Part shown: piece by piece, positions 14,698-30,447 of the stretch
How positions within the stretch are numbered: position 1 is the first letter of the stretch
Layout: the number at the start of each line of letters is the position of its first letter
Source of the DNA: Octopus vulgaris
Taxonomy: Eukaryota
NCBI GenBank assembly: GCA_951406725.2
Contig: OX597828.1
Location: forward strand, 72,478,001 to 72,542,000
Length of the DNA: 64,000 nt
Direction of reading: 5' to 3'
Made by a program: the position numbers and the translations under genes
The notes under the pieces: generated by a model
Databases searched by the model: none
The model's input: the letters and a program-made list of their open reading frames with translations, nothing else
What the model was told of the DNA's origin: nothing

Positions 14698-15829
14698 AAT
14701 ATATATATGTATATACAGATATATATATATATACAGATATATATATAGATACATATATGTGTGTTTAGATGATTTTTACTCCATCGTTGACCATTTCTTA
14801 TTAAATCTTTTCCTTATAATTCGCAGCATCATTTCACACCCAATTTCATATTTTATTATTATGTAGTATAAGAAGATTAAATAACACTTGTAGAAACTAG
14901 ATTTTACTCAGATATTTTACGAAAATATGAACAACATTTCGGTATTACACTCTGTTGAAAATACCAGCCATTTTTTTTCTGAATTGAATAAAAATCAGAT
15001 TTAAAGCAAGAATTTGAAATCAATAAAAATAATGCTAAAAAATAGATGCTTCGATAATTATCTATCTCATGTATTCGATTAGTCACCGATACAGACTTAT
15101 ATACTCAAAATCCAAACACAAATGCATAGATAAATATATAATTATGATATGATATGATAAAATAAAATATAAATATAATATAGTGGAACAGGATGTGGTA
15201 AAATACATGCAATATATATATATATATAAATATATATGTTTGTGTGTGTGTGTGTGTGTATGTGTGTGTGTGTGTATGTGTATATGAGTATCTATGTGCG
15301 TCTGTCTCCCCATATGTACATACTTATACACACGCAGACACGCACATTTATATGCATGTGTCTATGGTAAATTTTCTGTGTTTCAATTGCTTATTGAAAC
15401 TCCTCAGCGGGTAAAAGAGCAGAGTGAACAGATATACAACGCTTATATGTTATACACATAACTACATAGAGTCACCTGTTTATAAATCCCTTAGGCCAAC
15501 GAGCTATGTTTTTTTGATAACCCTACGAAATTTAAATTTACATGGGACCCAACCAAACTGTTTGCAATAATAAATGCATAGATATATATATAAAGCAAAT
15601 AGGTAACAGGGATGTCTAGGTACCCAGATATTAGTGCTTTACGGCCGTTTAAAGCGGCTGCATTTAATTGATCAATGCAAGCATTTTGAATATACTTGAA
15701 CACAAGTAATATCCATGTTACTTATTTGCTCTTCATTCACTTTACTTCGAGCTGTGCAGAAAATACCGAACTGACTTGGTGCCTCAACTTAAGTACCTAA
15801 TTTAACTGAGTCTTAGTTACTACTTCATA

Positions 15830-15836
<7 letters not shown>

Positions 15837-15865
<29 letters not shown>

Positions 15866-16405
15866 TGTATGTATGTATGTATGTATGTATGTATGTATGT
15901 CTGTATGTATGTATGTATGTATGTATGTATGTATGTATGTATGTATGTATGTATGTATGTATGTATGTATGTATGTATGTGTATGTATGTATGTATGTAT
16001 GTATGTATGCATGCATGTATGTATGTATGTATGTATGTATGTACGTACGTACGTATGTATGTATGTATGTCTGTATGTATGTATGTATGTATGTATGTAT
16101 GTATGTATGTATGTATGTATGTGTGTATGTATGTATGTATGTATGTATGTATGTATGCATGCATGTATGTATGTATGTATGTATGTATGTATGTATGTAT
16201 GTATGTATGTATGTATGTATGTATGTATGTATGTATGTATGTATGTATGTATGTATGTATGTGTGTATGTATGTATGTATGTATGTATGCATGCATGTAT
16301 GTATGTATGTATGTATGTATGTATGTATGTATGTATGTGTGTATGTATGTATGTATGTATGTATGCATGTATGTATGCATGTATGTATGTATGTATGTAT
16401 GTATG
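15837..16405. repeat. (TATG)n microsatellite
   Basis: About 570-bp tetranucleotide array. Confidence 0.97.
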
Positions 16406-16590
16406 TATATATATAGACATATGTATATATAATATACATATATTCAAATGTGTGTGTGTTTGGTAGTGTGAATAATACCAAAATGCTGACCATTTTCCCT
16501 TTTTTTCATTGAGGTTTATTTTCCTCTTCATTAGGGATGAGCTTATGTGCTTAACGATTTTAAATTGGCAATACAGGAGGATTATTCATT

Positions 16591-16652
<62 letters not shown>

Positions 16653-16726
16653 TCTCTCTCTCTTACACACATACATATGTCTATGCATTCTGTACATAGA
16701 TACTTCTGAATTCATAAGGTTATAAA

Positions 16727-16775
<49 letters not shown>

Positions 16776-16863
16776 CATGTATATATACACACACATATAT
16801 ATATATACATAAATGTACATATATATATACACTCATACATATGTCTATATATATACATATATA

Positions 16864-16920
<57 letters not shown>

Positions 16921-17116
16921 GTATGTGTTTATATATGTTTGTAGATGTAATGAAAATATATATTCATATACACACACATACATATATATAGATATGTATA
17001 TATATATATATGTATATATAAATATATATATATATACATATATATCTGTATGTATATATATGTATATATACATATACACACACATGTATATATATACATA
17101 CATATATCTATATCTA

Positions 17117-17187
<71 letters not shown>

Positions 17188-17527
17188 ATACGATTGTCAA
17201 AACGGTGCTTTGTTTAATTGTTCCTGAAAATCGTAAGTGGAGAGTCGTAAAAAACATTGACACACGTTGGATTTACCCCACACCTCGCACATACGTAGGC
17301 TTCTATATGAATATATGTGTGTGCGTGTGCATAAATATATATATATATATATGTTTGTGTGAGTATGCATATGCACATACACCCCCCACACATTAATATA
17401 TATATATACACATATATATATATACATACATATATATATATATATATATATTTATATACTCACATGCATACACACACACACATATATTTATATACACATA
17501 TTTCTATTTATATGCATATTTACATAC

Positions 17528-17584
<57 letters not shown>

Positions 17585-17604
17585 TTTCTTTTTTCTATTT
17601 ATCA

Positions 17605-17667
<63 letters not shown>

Positions 17668-17912
17668 AAAAACTAAATCAAGGATAAAAATCATCTTAAA
17701 TGTATGTCAGCATTCAAGTTTCCCAGTTATATCCAGTGTATCAAGGAAAATCAAAGATGTTAGCTTCGCATTCATAGACCAGCGTATATCATTTTTTTTG
17801 ATATTGTTCAGAATTGTATTATGTTAGAAATTTGTGTCTATATGCCAGTTCCTCCGATTTCGTATTCCATACATAAAAAAATAATATATATATATGTATG
17901 TGTTTGTGTGTG

Positions 17913-17981
<69 letters not shown>

Positions 17982-17992
17982 TTGTGTGTGTT

Positions 17993-18028
<36 letters not shown>

Positions 18029-18516
18029 TATATGAATGCATACACGCACACACGCTATAGTATATTCCTGTACATATTTGTAATGATATATTGAATTTTT
18101 CTCCCACCCCATATATTGAATTTGGTTGCTGCCCTCATTCGGAACATAGCATTAAATATACAACAACTTAATATATTTCACAGTCTTTAGAAACGTTTTC
18201 TGAGAATATAGCAAGAAAAGTTTAGGATATTCTTGAAGCAGAGTTGTTTTGTTTTTCTTTTCCTGCTATAAATTTATGCAAAGATTTGAAATTCCTGTAA
18301 AATAATTAAAAATGAATAAATGACATGAAAGTAGATAAACAACAAGAATAATAAACAAAATCTTAGATGTGGAACAGTAGGAAAAAAACACGAAAACGAT
18401 TATTGCAATTTCTTACAAGATGTTCCCTGTATTTGCGATTCTCAGGAAAAGGAAATATACGTTTGCATGTGTATGCTCATATAAATATAAATATAAATAT
18501 AAATATAAATATAAAC

Positions 18517-18593
<77 letters not shown>

Positions 18594-18653
18594 AGTATGT
18601 GTATATATATATATATATATATCTATCTATCTATATCTATATCTATCTATCTA

Positions 18654-18695
<42 letters not shown>

Positions 18696-18798
18696 ATATA
18701 TATTTACATACGTACATACGTATATATATAAATAAAAATGCATATATAAATATATATGCGTGCGTGTGAGTATATATGTGTACATATCGTTTACTTAC

Positions 18799-20063
18799 TA
18801 TTCTTGATGGGCTGGTATTTACATATTGGTATATCCAAAGACTCTTCTGTTGTCTCTCGTTGTTCAAGATTAAGGGAATTATCCTCGCCAATTCTTTTCG
18901 ATGGAATATTGTAATCGGTGCAGTACATGTCTTCTTCGACAGTAGATTTACCTTTGCTTTGCTGACACCAAACTTCGTTCGATCCGCCTCTGCCTTTGTT
19001 TCCCCTTTTGTTTCTCTTGTCCCGATTCGTTACAAAACAATACGAAAATGATAAAAAAAAATAGCAAAAACACCCCAAAATATGGCTTTGTGATCCACCT
19101 AGGACTATATTCCCCACTCTCTTTCTTCTTTCACATTATTTTATCAATGAATTTCTTATCATAATTATTATCATTATCAGCTTCTAAATAATTTCTTAAT
19201 AATATTGATAACAACAACAATAACAGTAACAATAACAATAATACTATTACCAATAGTAGTAGTAATAATAAATTATAATGATAATAATAGTAATCAAAAT
19301 AATGATAATAATAATAATTCCAGTGTATTAATGTTATTACTACTAACGTTAGTTTACGTGGTTGCGTACGATGTTACTCAAACGGCCGATTGAGATAAAA
19401 CCAACACGACGAGGGCATCATTATCATCATCATCATCATCATTATCATCTTTTTCTTTATTATAATTCTAATCCCCATCATCATCATCATAATCATCACG
19501 ATCGTCTATAATAAAAGTGAAGGTACATCTATAAACTATATTCTCGTACAATAAGCAGTCGCATTCAAGTTATTGCAATTTCTTAAACCAGTCCTTCAAC
19601 TCACGCTATGACAACCGCCAGCTATTTTCATACCATTATCCCTCCTAGGTGGGTGCCATCAGCGGCCACAGTGGATGCTATCTCACCACCAATCGTATTT
19701 GGTTCCATTGTAAAAATCTTATTTTTCCCAATATAGTTCACTGGCAATTCTTCTTGTTATATTTCCAGAAAAACCTCTGTAAAATCCTTGTTGAAATATG
19801 ACCAAGCATTCGGTGTTTCTTTAGAACTAATAATAGCAACAGTAGAAGAAGTACAGGCAGTAGTACTAGTAGTTGTAGATGTGGTATTAGTAGTGGTGGT
19901 CAGAGGGTGCTTATGATTTTGGTGGTATGAGTGATATCAGCCAATGCAGTAACAACATTGGTCCCGTTCATTAGTAATGGGGTAAGGTTTTGTAATAACG
20001 CTCGTAATTATCTCATACTTCCTAGTAGTAGTAATAGTAGTAGTAGTAGTAGTAGTAGTAGGT

Positions 20064-20123
<60 letters not shown>

Positions 20124-20388
20124 CAAGTAGTAGCAGTAGTACGTGTAGAGCACTGGTGTCCTATTCTCCGCTGCTACCGTGACGTTATGTCTCGACCAAT
20201 CAACAGCAAACTCTGGAGAGGAAGGTAGGCGTTCTGGACTTCTGGTTCTTCGAACGGTCGTTTTATTCCGATGCAACGTGTTTGACACCGAAATATGATG
20301 GTCATCATGGTTATCCTTTAGAATTATGTTCCTTTTGGCAGCAGTCCGTCGGGTGGTCGGAATCAACAATTATTAGAATGGAAATATC
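18799..20388 (-). other. Candidate exon (largely non-coding, possibly with a short coding 3' part)
   Basis: Non-TE sequence bounded by the acceptor tttccag|G at 20388 and the donor A|GTAAGT at 18799. ORF 19117-18791 stays open to the donor, with an ATG at 18928 (MYCTDYNIPSKRIGEDNSLNLEQRETTEESLDIPICKYQPIKN). No family is recognised. Confidence 0.25.
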
Positions 20389-21093
20389 CTGGAAAGCTTG
20401 GAAATTATGTACAGTTCTTTGAAATTTGTGACTTCATTTTCAAATGAAATAATAGAAATATCGTTAATATACAAGCATTACCTCGGAAAATGTTATGTTT
20501 AAATGGACAATATTCTGATATATATATTCCTCAATACATACACACACCTATAAGTTATATATATATATATATGTCAAGTCTGGCGAGTGTGAACTAGAGA
20601 GAACCAGAAGGAAACCAATGTAGAAGTACGAGGGATTTATAGAAACAACAGAGATCCAGAGAGAGAAAGACAAGGAGAGAGAGGGAGAGAGAGAGATAAA
20701 AAGAGAGAGAGAGAGGTACAGAGATAAAAAGAAAGAGAGGTACAGAGATACGTATATGAATATCAAGAGAGATATACAGAGAAAAACTAAGTGAGAGAGA
20801 GCAGGACAGAGAGAAAAAGATCATAGAAGAGGGAAGAGCAGAGAGAAAGGAAATATAAAGCTGAAGTTAAAAGGGACAAACAATCGGTGTAAAAGCAGCG
20901 CAAAGAGGATCCGGACGATGGCAAGAGACTTGAGAATGTAAAACAAACAAAAGTAGATAAGAGTTTTGAGAACATTGATAAAGGCTTCACTTCGTACATT
21001 AATATATGCCAAACGGGCAAGAGGACAGCCATACACACACACATATACACAGAAACACACAAACACAAATGCATACATACATACATACATACA

Positions 21094-21129
<36 letters not shown>

Positions 21130-21401
21130 CGTATAGACACATATACATACGTACGTACATATACACATGCATAATACATATATATATGTGTATATTGACA
21201 CATAAACACATACTTGTAAACAGAGATATTGACTTACGTACGTATATATAATGTCACGAAAATCTCGAGTGCTCACACAAACATATGCACACTTATGAAT
21301 TTATAAATACATATATCTACACAACTAGATGAGCATGTACATACACACACGCACCCTAATGCATACACGCACACAAACACATACCATAAATATATTCATA
21401 T

Positions 21402-21454
<53 letters not shown>

Positions 21455-21681
21455 ATGAATATATACATTTACACACTTGTACATATGCACGAATACAGTG
21501 ACATACATTGATATATATGATATATTCATACGTTATACACGCCTAATTATGTGTGTGTGTATATATATTTTGTGGCAGCCTTCCAAAGTCAACATAAAAT
21601 GAAGGTAATCAGATCAAGGGGACATTCACGGAAAATAAATGTGTTCAATTTAGAACCCTTATATATGCATATATACATCTA

Positions 21682-21739
<58 letters not shown>

Positions 21740-21983
21740 ATATATGTATATATATATGTATAAATGTATGTATATATATGTATGTATATTTGTATATTTG
21801 TATATATATATATATATATACACTATACGGCCCTTCGCAAGTCCCGGTTTGTATATTGGAATTGTCAAATAGCATATTTTATAAATGATTATGATTGTAT
21901 AAAACATTTATGCTCACACAAACTTATACACACACTTGCAAATAACGATCTCTCTCTCTGTGTCTCCGTCTCTCAGTCATCTC

Positions 21984-22064
<81 letters not shown>

Positions 22065-22077
22065 GTATGTTTTGTAT

Positions 22078-22415
22078 TTTTCTTGTTTCAGTCATTAGAC
22101 TATGACCATGCCGGGGCACGATCTTGAAGATCTTTTAGTCGAAGAAATCGACTCCATTATTCATTTCGTATAAAGCCTGCTACTTTGTCTATCGGGTCCT
22201 TATTTCGAACCGCTAGGTTGTCAGACGTACACACACCAACACCGGTTCTCAAAGCGGTAGTGGAGGAAAAAAACAGACAGACACAAAAACACACACACAC
22301 ACACACATACATACATACATAAACATAGAACGGACAACCTTCAGTTTCCATCTTTCAAACACACATTGGGTCTGAACTCGGAACCATGTACTTGAGAAAC
22401 AAACTTCTTACCACA
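22078..22415 (-). mobile_element. SINE family A, diverged and deleted
   Basis: Collinear with the family A copies. Confidence 0.75.
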
Positions 22416-23021
22416 TACATACATACATACATACATACATACATACATACATACATACATACATACATACATACATACATACTTACATACATACATACAT
22501 ACATACATACTTACATACATACATACATACATACATACAATCATGCATACATACATACATGCATGCATACATACATACATACATACATGCATACATACAT
22601 ACATACATACATACATGCATACATGCATACATACATACATGCATACATACATACATGCATACATGCATACATACATACATACATACATACATACATACAT
22701 GCATACATGCATACATACATACATACAGACAGACAGACATACATACATACATACATACATACATGCATACATACATAAATACATACATACATACATACAT
22801 ACATACATACATACATGCATACATACATACATACATACATACATGCATACATACATACATACATACATATATACATGCATACATACATACATACATACAG
22901 ACAGACAGACATGCATGCATACATACATACACTACATACATACATACATACATACATACATACATACATACATACATACATACATACATACATACATGCA
23001 TACATACATACATACATGCAT

Positions 23022-23050
<29 letters not shown>
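22413..23050. repeat. (CATA)n microsatellite
   Basis: About 630-bp imperfect tetranucleotide array. Confidence 0.95.
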
Positions 23051-23052
<2 letters not shown>

Positions 23053-23061
23053 CACACATAG

Positions 23062-23103
<42 letters not shown>

Positions 23104-23106
<3 letters not shown>

Positions 23107-23294
23107 GTTGGCCAAAAGTCACCGAACAACAAGTCAAAATTATTTCACATGACACTTTGCTAATAGACAAATGTTGAAAGAAATCTCACAGAATTCAATT
23201 ATCAAACATTCATAATTGGAATGAATAAACAAAATTGAATATGAAATATTTATGAAATTTTGAAATACTGTCGAGTGACTTTTCGCCAACCCTG
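23104..23294. mobile_element. Tc1/mariner-type MITE
   Basis: Imperfect TIRs (catgttggccaaaagtcaccgaaca and tgtcgagtgacttttcgccaaccctg), each flanked by TA. Confidence 0.75.
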
Positions 23295-23719
23295 TATATA
23301 TATATATATATATAAACAACTTTTAAATCTTTTACTTTTAAAGGTATTTTAATATGCTGCCACTTTTTTGATGAAATTGTTTTCTGTAAAAAACTTCATC
23401 CTATATTAGGAGTAGTAGTAGTAGTAGTATATATATATATATAATATTAGGGAGTATATCCTAATAGTGGTTTTATCTCTAATTTAATTTATATATATAT
23501 ATATATACTGATGACGTCTTGTAAATTTTCGAGACCATGTAAAAAAAAAAATACTTTCCTGGAAGCAGTGGATCCTGAAGAACACATATATCTCTAAATT
23601 ATCGCAAGTATATATGGAATTGAAAAATGGTCTTGCACAGAGAGAATCGAAGACTGCCCAATATTACATGGCATTATTTAAAGCTTTATGTGTGCTTTGA
23701 GATCCACTGATCCAAAAAA

Positions 23720-23759
<40 letters not shown>

Positions 23760-23904
23760 CATATACATCATATCATATATACATACATATATATACATAT
23801 ATCATATACATCGTATCATATATATGTATATATGCCTATATATATATGCATGTATGCATGTATGTATGTATGTATGTATGTATATATATATATGCATATA
23901 CCAG

Positions 23905-24065
23905 AGTAAACACATAAATTCGAAGCAAGGTGGAAAAAATAGTACTCGAATACCAGAGGTAGAGTAATGTACTTTATTAAAAAGCAGCAAAAATATCACA
24001 AAAACTGTTACTCAGAGTTTCACGTTCCCAGAGTAACAGTTTTAGTGATATTTTGTTGCTTATTT
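23905..24065 (-). mobile_element. PLE-like remnant family Y, folded back at a half hammerhead
   Basis: Shares agtactcgaataccagagg with 26282 and, inverted, with 30898-30916. Arms are 23982-24013 and 24031-24061. The minus strand reads GAAA CTC T GAG TA acag. Confidence 0.6.
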
Positions 24066-24080
24066 ATGAAATATATATGC

Positions 24081-24159
<79 letters not shown>

Positions 24160-24203
24160 TATATACACACATATGCATATATATACATATAAATATATAC
24201 GTA

Positions 24204-24278
<75 letters not shown>

Positions 24279-24492
24279 ACACATATATTTATGTATGTAT
24301 CTATAATTGATTGTGGGAACATTGTATATCGGATTGCAACGAAGCGGAAGTAACAGCTACATATTCGCTGCTATTTGCGTGAATCATCGACTTTAGGATG
24401 CAAAATAAATAAGCTTTATTACGTGTATTGAGTACTCTTCCCCTTCATCTCCATTTCAAACCGTAAATATGTGTTTGTGTGTGTCTACGTGC

Positions 24493-24563
<71 letters not shown>

Positions 24564-24758
24564 TGTATATATGTACGTAATGCTTGAAATGAGGAGTAGA
24601 TAGACAGCCAACAATTGATGAAGGGTCGTTCTTTGTGTTACTTGACTTGTTTTCTGTTTGTTTCTCTCGTTGTTTGCCTATTGAACTCATTTGTTTTAGT
24701 ATTTCATGTTGTTTACTGTTTGTGATCTCCTGTACCCATATGTATATATATAGATATA

Positions 24759-24815
<57 letters not shown>

Positions 24816-24852
24816 ATAAATGTATATATATATATATATTTATATATATATG

Positions 24853-24894
<42 letters not shown>

Positions 24895-25173
24895 TGTATG
24901 TAGAGTGTGTGTATTTATGTAGATGTGTGTGCATAGTTGTTCTTTTTATTTCAATCATTCGTTAACGATGTCTGTCTTGATTCTTATCCATCAAAAATCT
25001 CCATTAGTACTATATTCTTGCTTCCTCTCTACTCCTCTTTCTCCTCCCCCGCTCTCTCATCATCATCATCATCATCATCTGCTGCTGCTGCTCTTCTGCT
25101 GCTGTTTGTTTGCAAACACCCGGTTTGCTCGGTGGGCGAAGTAAAGCAAACAATACGTAAATAAATAAATAAA

Positions 25174-25231
<58 letters not shown>

Positions 25232-25874
25232 TAATAATAATAATAATAATAATAAGTGGATAGATAATTAAATAAGTAAGTAAATAAAAAGGAAACTAAA
25301 CAAAGGTGGCAGATAAGAAAAGCAGAAAGATCTGTTGGTGGTGAGGTTAGCAAAATTTCTTATCTCGAACTGGACGTGTCACGTGCTACATTCACGATCA
25401 TCAACAAACGTGGCTCATCAAAATGGCGTTTGGCTTTGTTGTTTCCTACAACACCACGCATCTGCCATGTGAGTTTCAAAATGTCTACCTCTAATCTCCC
25501 TCCCTCCCTCCTCCCTTTCTAGCTTTCTTCTTTGCTCTTTCTCTCCTTCCCTCTTTCTGTTCGTCTCTATCACAAATTATCTCCGTCGTTTTCTTTGTCT
25601 CTTTAAAGACTCAGCTTTCAGTTGTTGTTTCTTTTTTTTTGCAATATCATGTAACTTAATCGATGAATTGGAAATCTGTTAAAAAAATTGAGAAATACGT
25701 TGAGTGAGAATCAGATTATAAGTGAAAGAGGGAGAGAGCGAGAGAGAAAAAGAAAGAAAGAGACAGAGACAGAAGAAGAAAGGGTAATACATACAGAAAG
25801 GGAAATAGTCGGTGTAGTAAATAAAGAACTGCTGAGCAAATATTTTTTTCTGCTGTAGGTGCAATGCTTGAAAT

Positions 25875-26060
25875 GGGAGGAGATTGGATGATTGCATCGA
25901 CCCTAGCGCTCAACTGGTACTCATTTTGTCGACCCGGATGGGCTGAAAGGCAAAGTCGTCCTCGGCGACCGGCATTTGAACTCAGGACGCAAAGTCGGAA
26001 GAAATACTGTTGAGCCTTTTTTTTCCGACCCTCGAACCGTACTGCCTGCTCGCCGTCCTC
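25875..26060 (-). mobile_element. SINE family B, diverged
   Basis: Reverse complement of the family B head and Deu/Nin-like block. Confidence 0.75.
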
Positions 26061-26140
26061 GAAATAGAAATAAATAATTGTTAGTAATTTAGGGAGAAAG
26101 AAAGGATAATAAAATCAAGTGAGACAAAGAGAGGGAGAAA

Positions 26141-26182
<42 letters not shown>

Positions 26183-26244
26183 GGATGACAGTAAAGTAGT
26201 TTCAAGACCAGATGATGAATATTAAAATAAATGAATATATATAT

Positions 26245-26430
26245 AAGTAAGCACATAAATGTGAAACAAGGTGGGAAAAATAGTACTCGAATACCAGAGG
26301 TAGAGCAATAAGCTTTATTATTATTAAATCTACAAAAACATCACGAAAATATCGCAAAAAACGGCTACGACGAAACTCTGAGTAGCAGATTTTTGTGATT
26401 TTTCTTGATGTTTTTGTACCTTTAATAATA
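26245..26430. mobile_element. PLE-like remnant family Y, fold-back
   Basis: Same body as 23905-24065. Arms are ~26320-26368 and 26382-26430, around gacGAAACTCTGAGTA. Confidence 0.6.
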
Positions 26431-26627
26431 GTAATGATAATACACACGTGTATATGTAAACATATATTTAGATATACATGCATGCATACATACATACATA
26501 CATACATACATACATACATACATACAAACATACATACATACATACATACATACATACATACATGCATACATATATATATATATTTAGATATACATGCATA
26601 CATACATACATACATACATACATACAT

Positions 26628-26960
26628 CCAGGTTCAGTCCCATCGAGTGGCACTTCTACTGTAGCCTCGGGCCGACCAATGCCTTGTGAGTGGATTTGGT
26701 AGACGGAAACAGAGAGAAGCTCAACATATATATATTATATATCCTATGATTGTGAGTGTGTGTTTGTCAGTGTTTGCCCCTACCACTACTTCAGAACCGG
26801 TGCTGGTGTGTTTACGTCCCAGTAACATAGTAGTTCAGGAAAAGACGCCGATAGAGTAAAAAGAAAGTACTGAGGTCGATTCAATGTACTAAAAATTCTT
26901 CAAGTCGTTGCCCCAGGATGGCCGTAGTTGAAAGACTGAAACAAATAAAATATAAAAAGG
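26628..26960 (+). mobile_element. SINE family A, diverged
   Basis: Spans the B-box through the 3' tail. Confidence 0.8.
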
Positions 26961-27059
26961 CAAGAAGATATATACATATCTATTTTACACTTCCCGGTGC
27001 CAGCCATTGGGCTGCGAACATCATCCAACGAACAAACACTGTTATTCAGAATCGCTAAA

Positions 27060-27935
27060 GGCGGCGAGCTGGCAGAATGGTTAGCACGCCGGGCGAAATG
27101 CTTAGAAGTATTTCGTCTGCCGCTATGTTCTGATTTCAAATCTAGTCAAGGTCGACTTTGCCTTTCATCATTTCGGAGTCGATAAATTAAGTACCTATTT
27201 CTTTATTACCCACAAGGGGCTAAACACAGAGGGGACAAGCAAGGACAGACATAGGTATTAAGTCGATTACATCGACCCCAGGGCGTAACTGGTACTTAAT
27301 TTATCGACCCCGAAAGGATGAAAGGCAAAGTCGACCTCGGTGGATTTTGAACTCAGAACGTAACGCAGACGAAATACCGTTAAGCATTTCGCCCAGCGTG
27401 CTAACGTTTCTGCCGATAAATTAAGTACCAGTTGCGTACTGGGGTCGATCTAATCGACTGGGCCCCCTTCCCAAAAATTTCGGGCCTTGTGCCTACAGTA
27501 GAAAATCGTTAGCACGCCGGGCGAAATCCTTAGAAGTATTTTGTCTGCCGCTATGTTCTGGTTTCAAATCCCGCCAAGGTCGACTTTGCTTTTCATCCTT
27601 TCAGGATCGATAAATTAAATACCAGTTGTGTACTGGGAGTCGGTGTAATCGACTTAATCGCTTCAGCCAAATTTGGACCTTGTGCTGCAAGTAGAAAGGG
27701 TTATTCACAGTCGTTAAGGTAGCGAACTGGCAAAACCGTTAGCATGTCGGTCAAAAAGATTAGCGGCGTGTCTTCCGGCGCTATATGGTTTAAGTTCAAA
27801 TTCTGCCGAGGTCGACTTTGCCTTTCGTCCTTTCGGGGTCGATAAAATAAAGTATCAGTAAAGCATGGGCGTTCATGTAATCAACGAGCCCCCACCCCTC
27901 AAAACTGCCGACATTTTGCCAAAGTTGAAAAGAAT
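27060..27935 (+). mobile_element. Tandem cluster of family B SINEs with a nested antisense copy (27196-27414)
   Basis: Three plus-strand copies. The first is split by a minus-strand copy flanked by the 15-bp duplication gataaattaagtacc (27181-27195 and 27415-27429). Confidence 0.85.
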
Positions 27936-28043
27936 TATCAGTCTATTCTAATTACATTACCAAAATATTCTTTGTTTTTACAGCTCCGTTGACAATAAAA
28001 ATGCGAGTGCTAAATATTTTCAGAAATATATGACACAAATCTA

Positions 28044-28179
<136 letters not shown>

Positions 28180-28304
28180 AATCTATCTATCTATCTGTCT
28201 GTCTGTCTGTCTGTCTATACCAATATCTGTTCATATGTATACATACATATATACAAACATACATATAAGTACACACACACACACTCACACATACATACAT
28301 ATAC

Positions 28305-28363
<59 letters not shown>

Positions 28364-28617
28364 CATACATATATAAATACATATACATTTATACGTATAT
28401 ATGTGTGCATACATATACGTATATGTATTTATAAGTATATTTGAGAAAAGAAAAAGAATGCCTTCACTTGTAGTTCTAATCAGTTTAATTTATTATTTTT
28501 TCATTTTTTAATAATATAAATTTTAGTTCATAATATATATATATGTGCATATATATGCATGTACATATGTATGCAAGTATGTATGTATGTATGTATGTAT
28601 GTATGTATGTATGTATG

Positions 28618-28660
<43 letters not shown>

Positions 28661-28687
28661 GCATATGTATGCATGTATGTATGTATG

Positions 28688-28735
<48 letters not shown>

Positions 28736-28946
28736 ATATATATATGCATATGTATGTATGTATGTATGAATGTATGTATGTATGTATGTATGTATGTATG
28801 TATGTATGTATGTATGTATGTATGTATGTATGTATGTATCTATCTATCTATCTATCTTTAGACACATGTACATATATATAACATACATACATACACACAC
28901 ACACATACATGCATATATATATTTGTAAATATATATTAAATATATA

Positions 28947-29138
28947 CAAGATGTTCAAAAAGTTTCTCCGCAGTGAATTTTTTTTCTCGAAGATATATTG
29001 CAAAACCTGTGAAGAAGAGTCAATTTATGTATTGAAAATGAAGGATGACACTTTCAACACCTCTTCTAAACGTTTTTAAAGTCTTGTAAAGTCTAATATA
29101 TTCTTCTGTAGTCTTATACCATCTTTTTGAACGTCCTG
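28947..29138. mobile_element. Tc1/mariner-type MITE
   Basis: TIRs caagatgttcaaaaag and ctttttgaacgtcctg, with TA at the left flank. Confidence 0.65.
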
Positions 29139-29267
<129 letters not shown>

Positions 29268-29284
29268 GTATATATATATATATT

Positions 29285-29330
<46 letters not shown>

Positions 29331-29383
29331 CATACATACGCATACACATGCACACACATATATAAACATACACACACACACAC

Positions 29384-29437
<54 letters not shown>

Positions 29438-29559
29438 TTAGACAAATCACACACACGCGCGCACGCAGACACACATGCATGTTCAAGCATATATGTCATT
29501 TTATCTATGTAAGCATGTATGTATGCAAGTATTTATGAATACAATATATGCATATATAT

Positions 29560-29592
<33 letters not shown>

Positions 29593-30315
29593 CACACAAA
29601 ACATATATATATGTATATATACATATATATATTATATATAAATATACATATATATAAATTTATATACACATATGTATTGTATATGCGTACGCATGTGTAT
29701 AGGAGTAGAAATTGTATAAAGTGTACAGAGTAGTGTTTGTATATATAATGTGTATACATATATAGACTAGTATATCTATGTATGTCTCCCGTCTCTGTGC
29801 ATATATATGTGTGTATATATATGTGTGTATATACATATGTATATATATTCATATACATATATACACACACATATATACATATATGCACATATGTATATAT
29901 ATCTGTGTGTGTATTTGCTAAAATATAACTGTATATGAGTGTATAAAATATGAAAATTGAAGTATAACATATCAACATTACACGCATAAAATGGAAGATT
30001 GTAGATGCTGTAAATGCCTCAACAATGGCCACAATAATATCAACACCAATAACATCAATCATAATCAGCACCTCAGGTGAGGATAGAATTCGATCTGATC
30101 CCAACTTCTCAATTTCTCTCAGAGACCATACATTCACATATATTTATATACATAAGCACATACTTATATACTTATATTTATACACACACACGGAAATATA
30201 TATATATATATATACACATACTTATATACACATATATACTTATATAATGTATGTCTGTTATACAGACGTACATACATACACAAACATATACATACATACA
30301 TACATAGATATACGC

Positions 30316-30447
30316 ACACCCTGATGTAATCTCCAGGGATACAGGCATCCAGCAACAGGACCTCCGTGATGCTATGATGGACCGTGAAGTCTGGCGTAGC
30401 ATGGTAAATTCCATTGTCTCGACCACGGTTGAACAATGATGATGATA
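30316..30447 (+). mobile_element. RTE-clade LINE 3' end
   Basis: Translates PDVISRDTGIQQQDLRDAMMDREVWRSMVNSIVSTTVEQ*, with the DR..WR motif of RTE C-termini. Followed by a (TGA)n tail. Confidence 0.75.

Noticed and set aside
20022-20369. 115-aa ORF ending in poly-Tyr
   Set aside because: It has a non-ATG start right after stops, and all three frames close around the (ACT)n tract. More likely untranslated.
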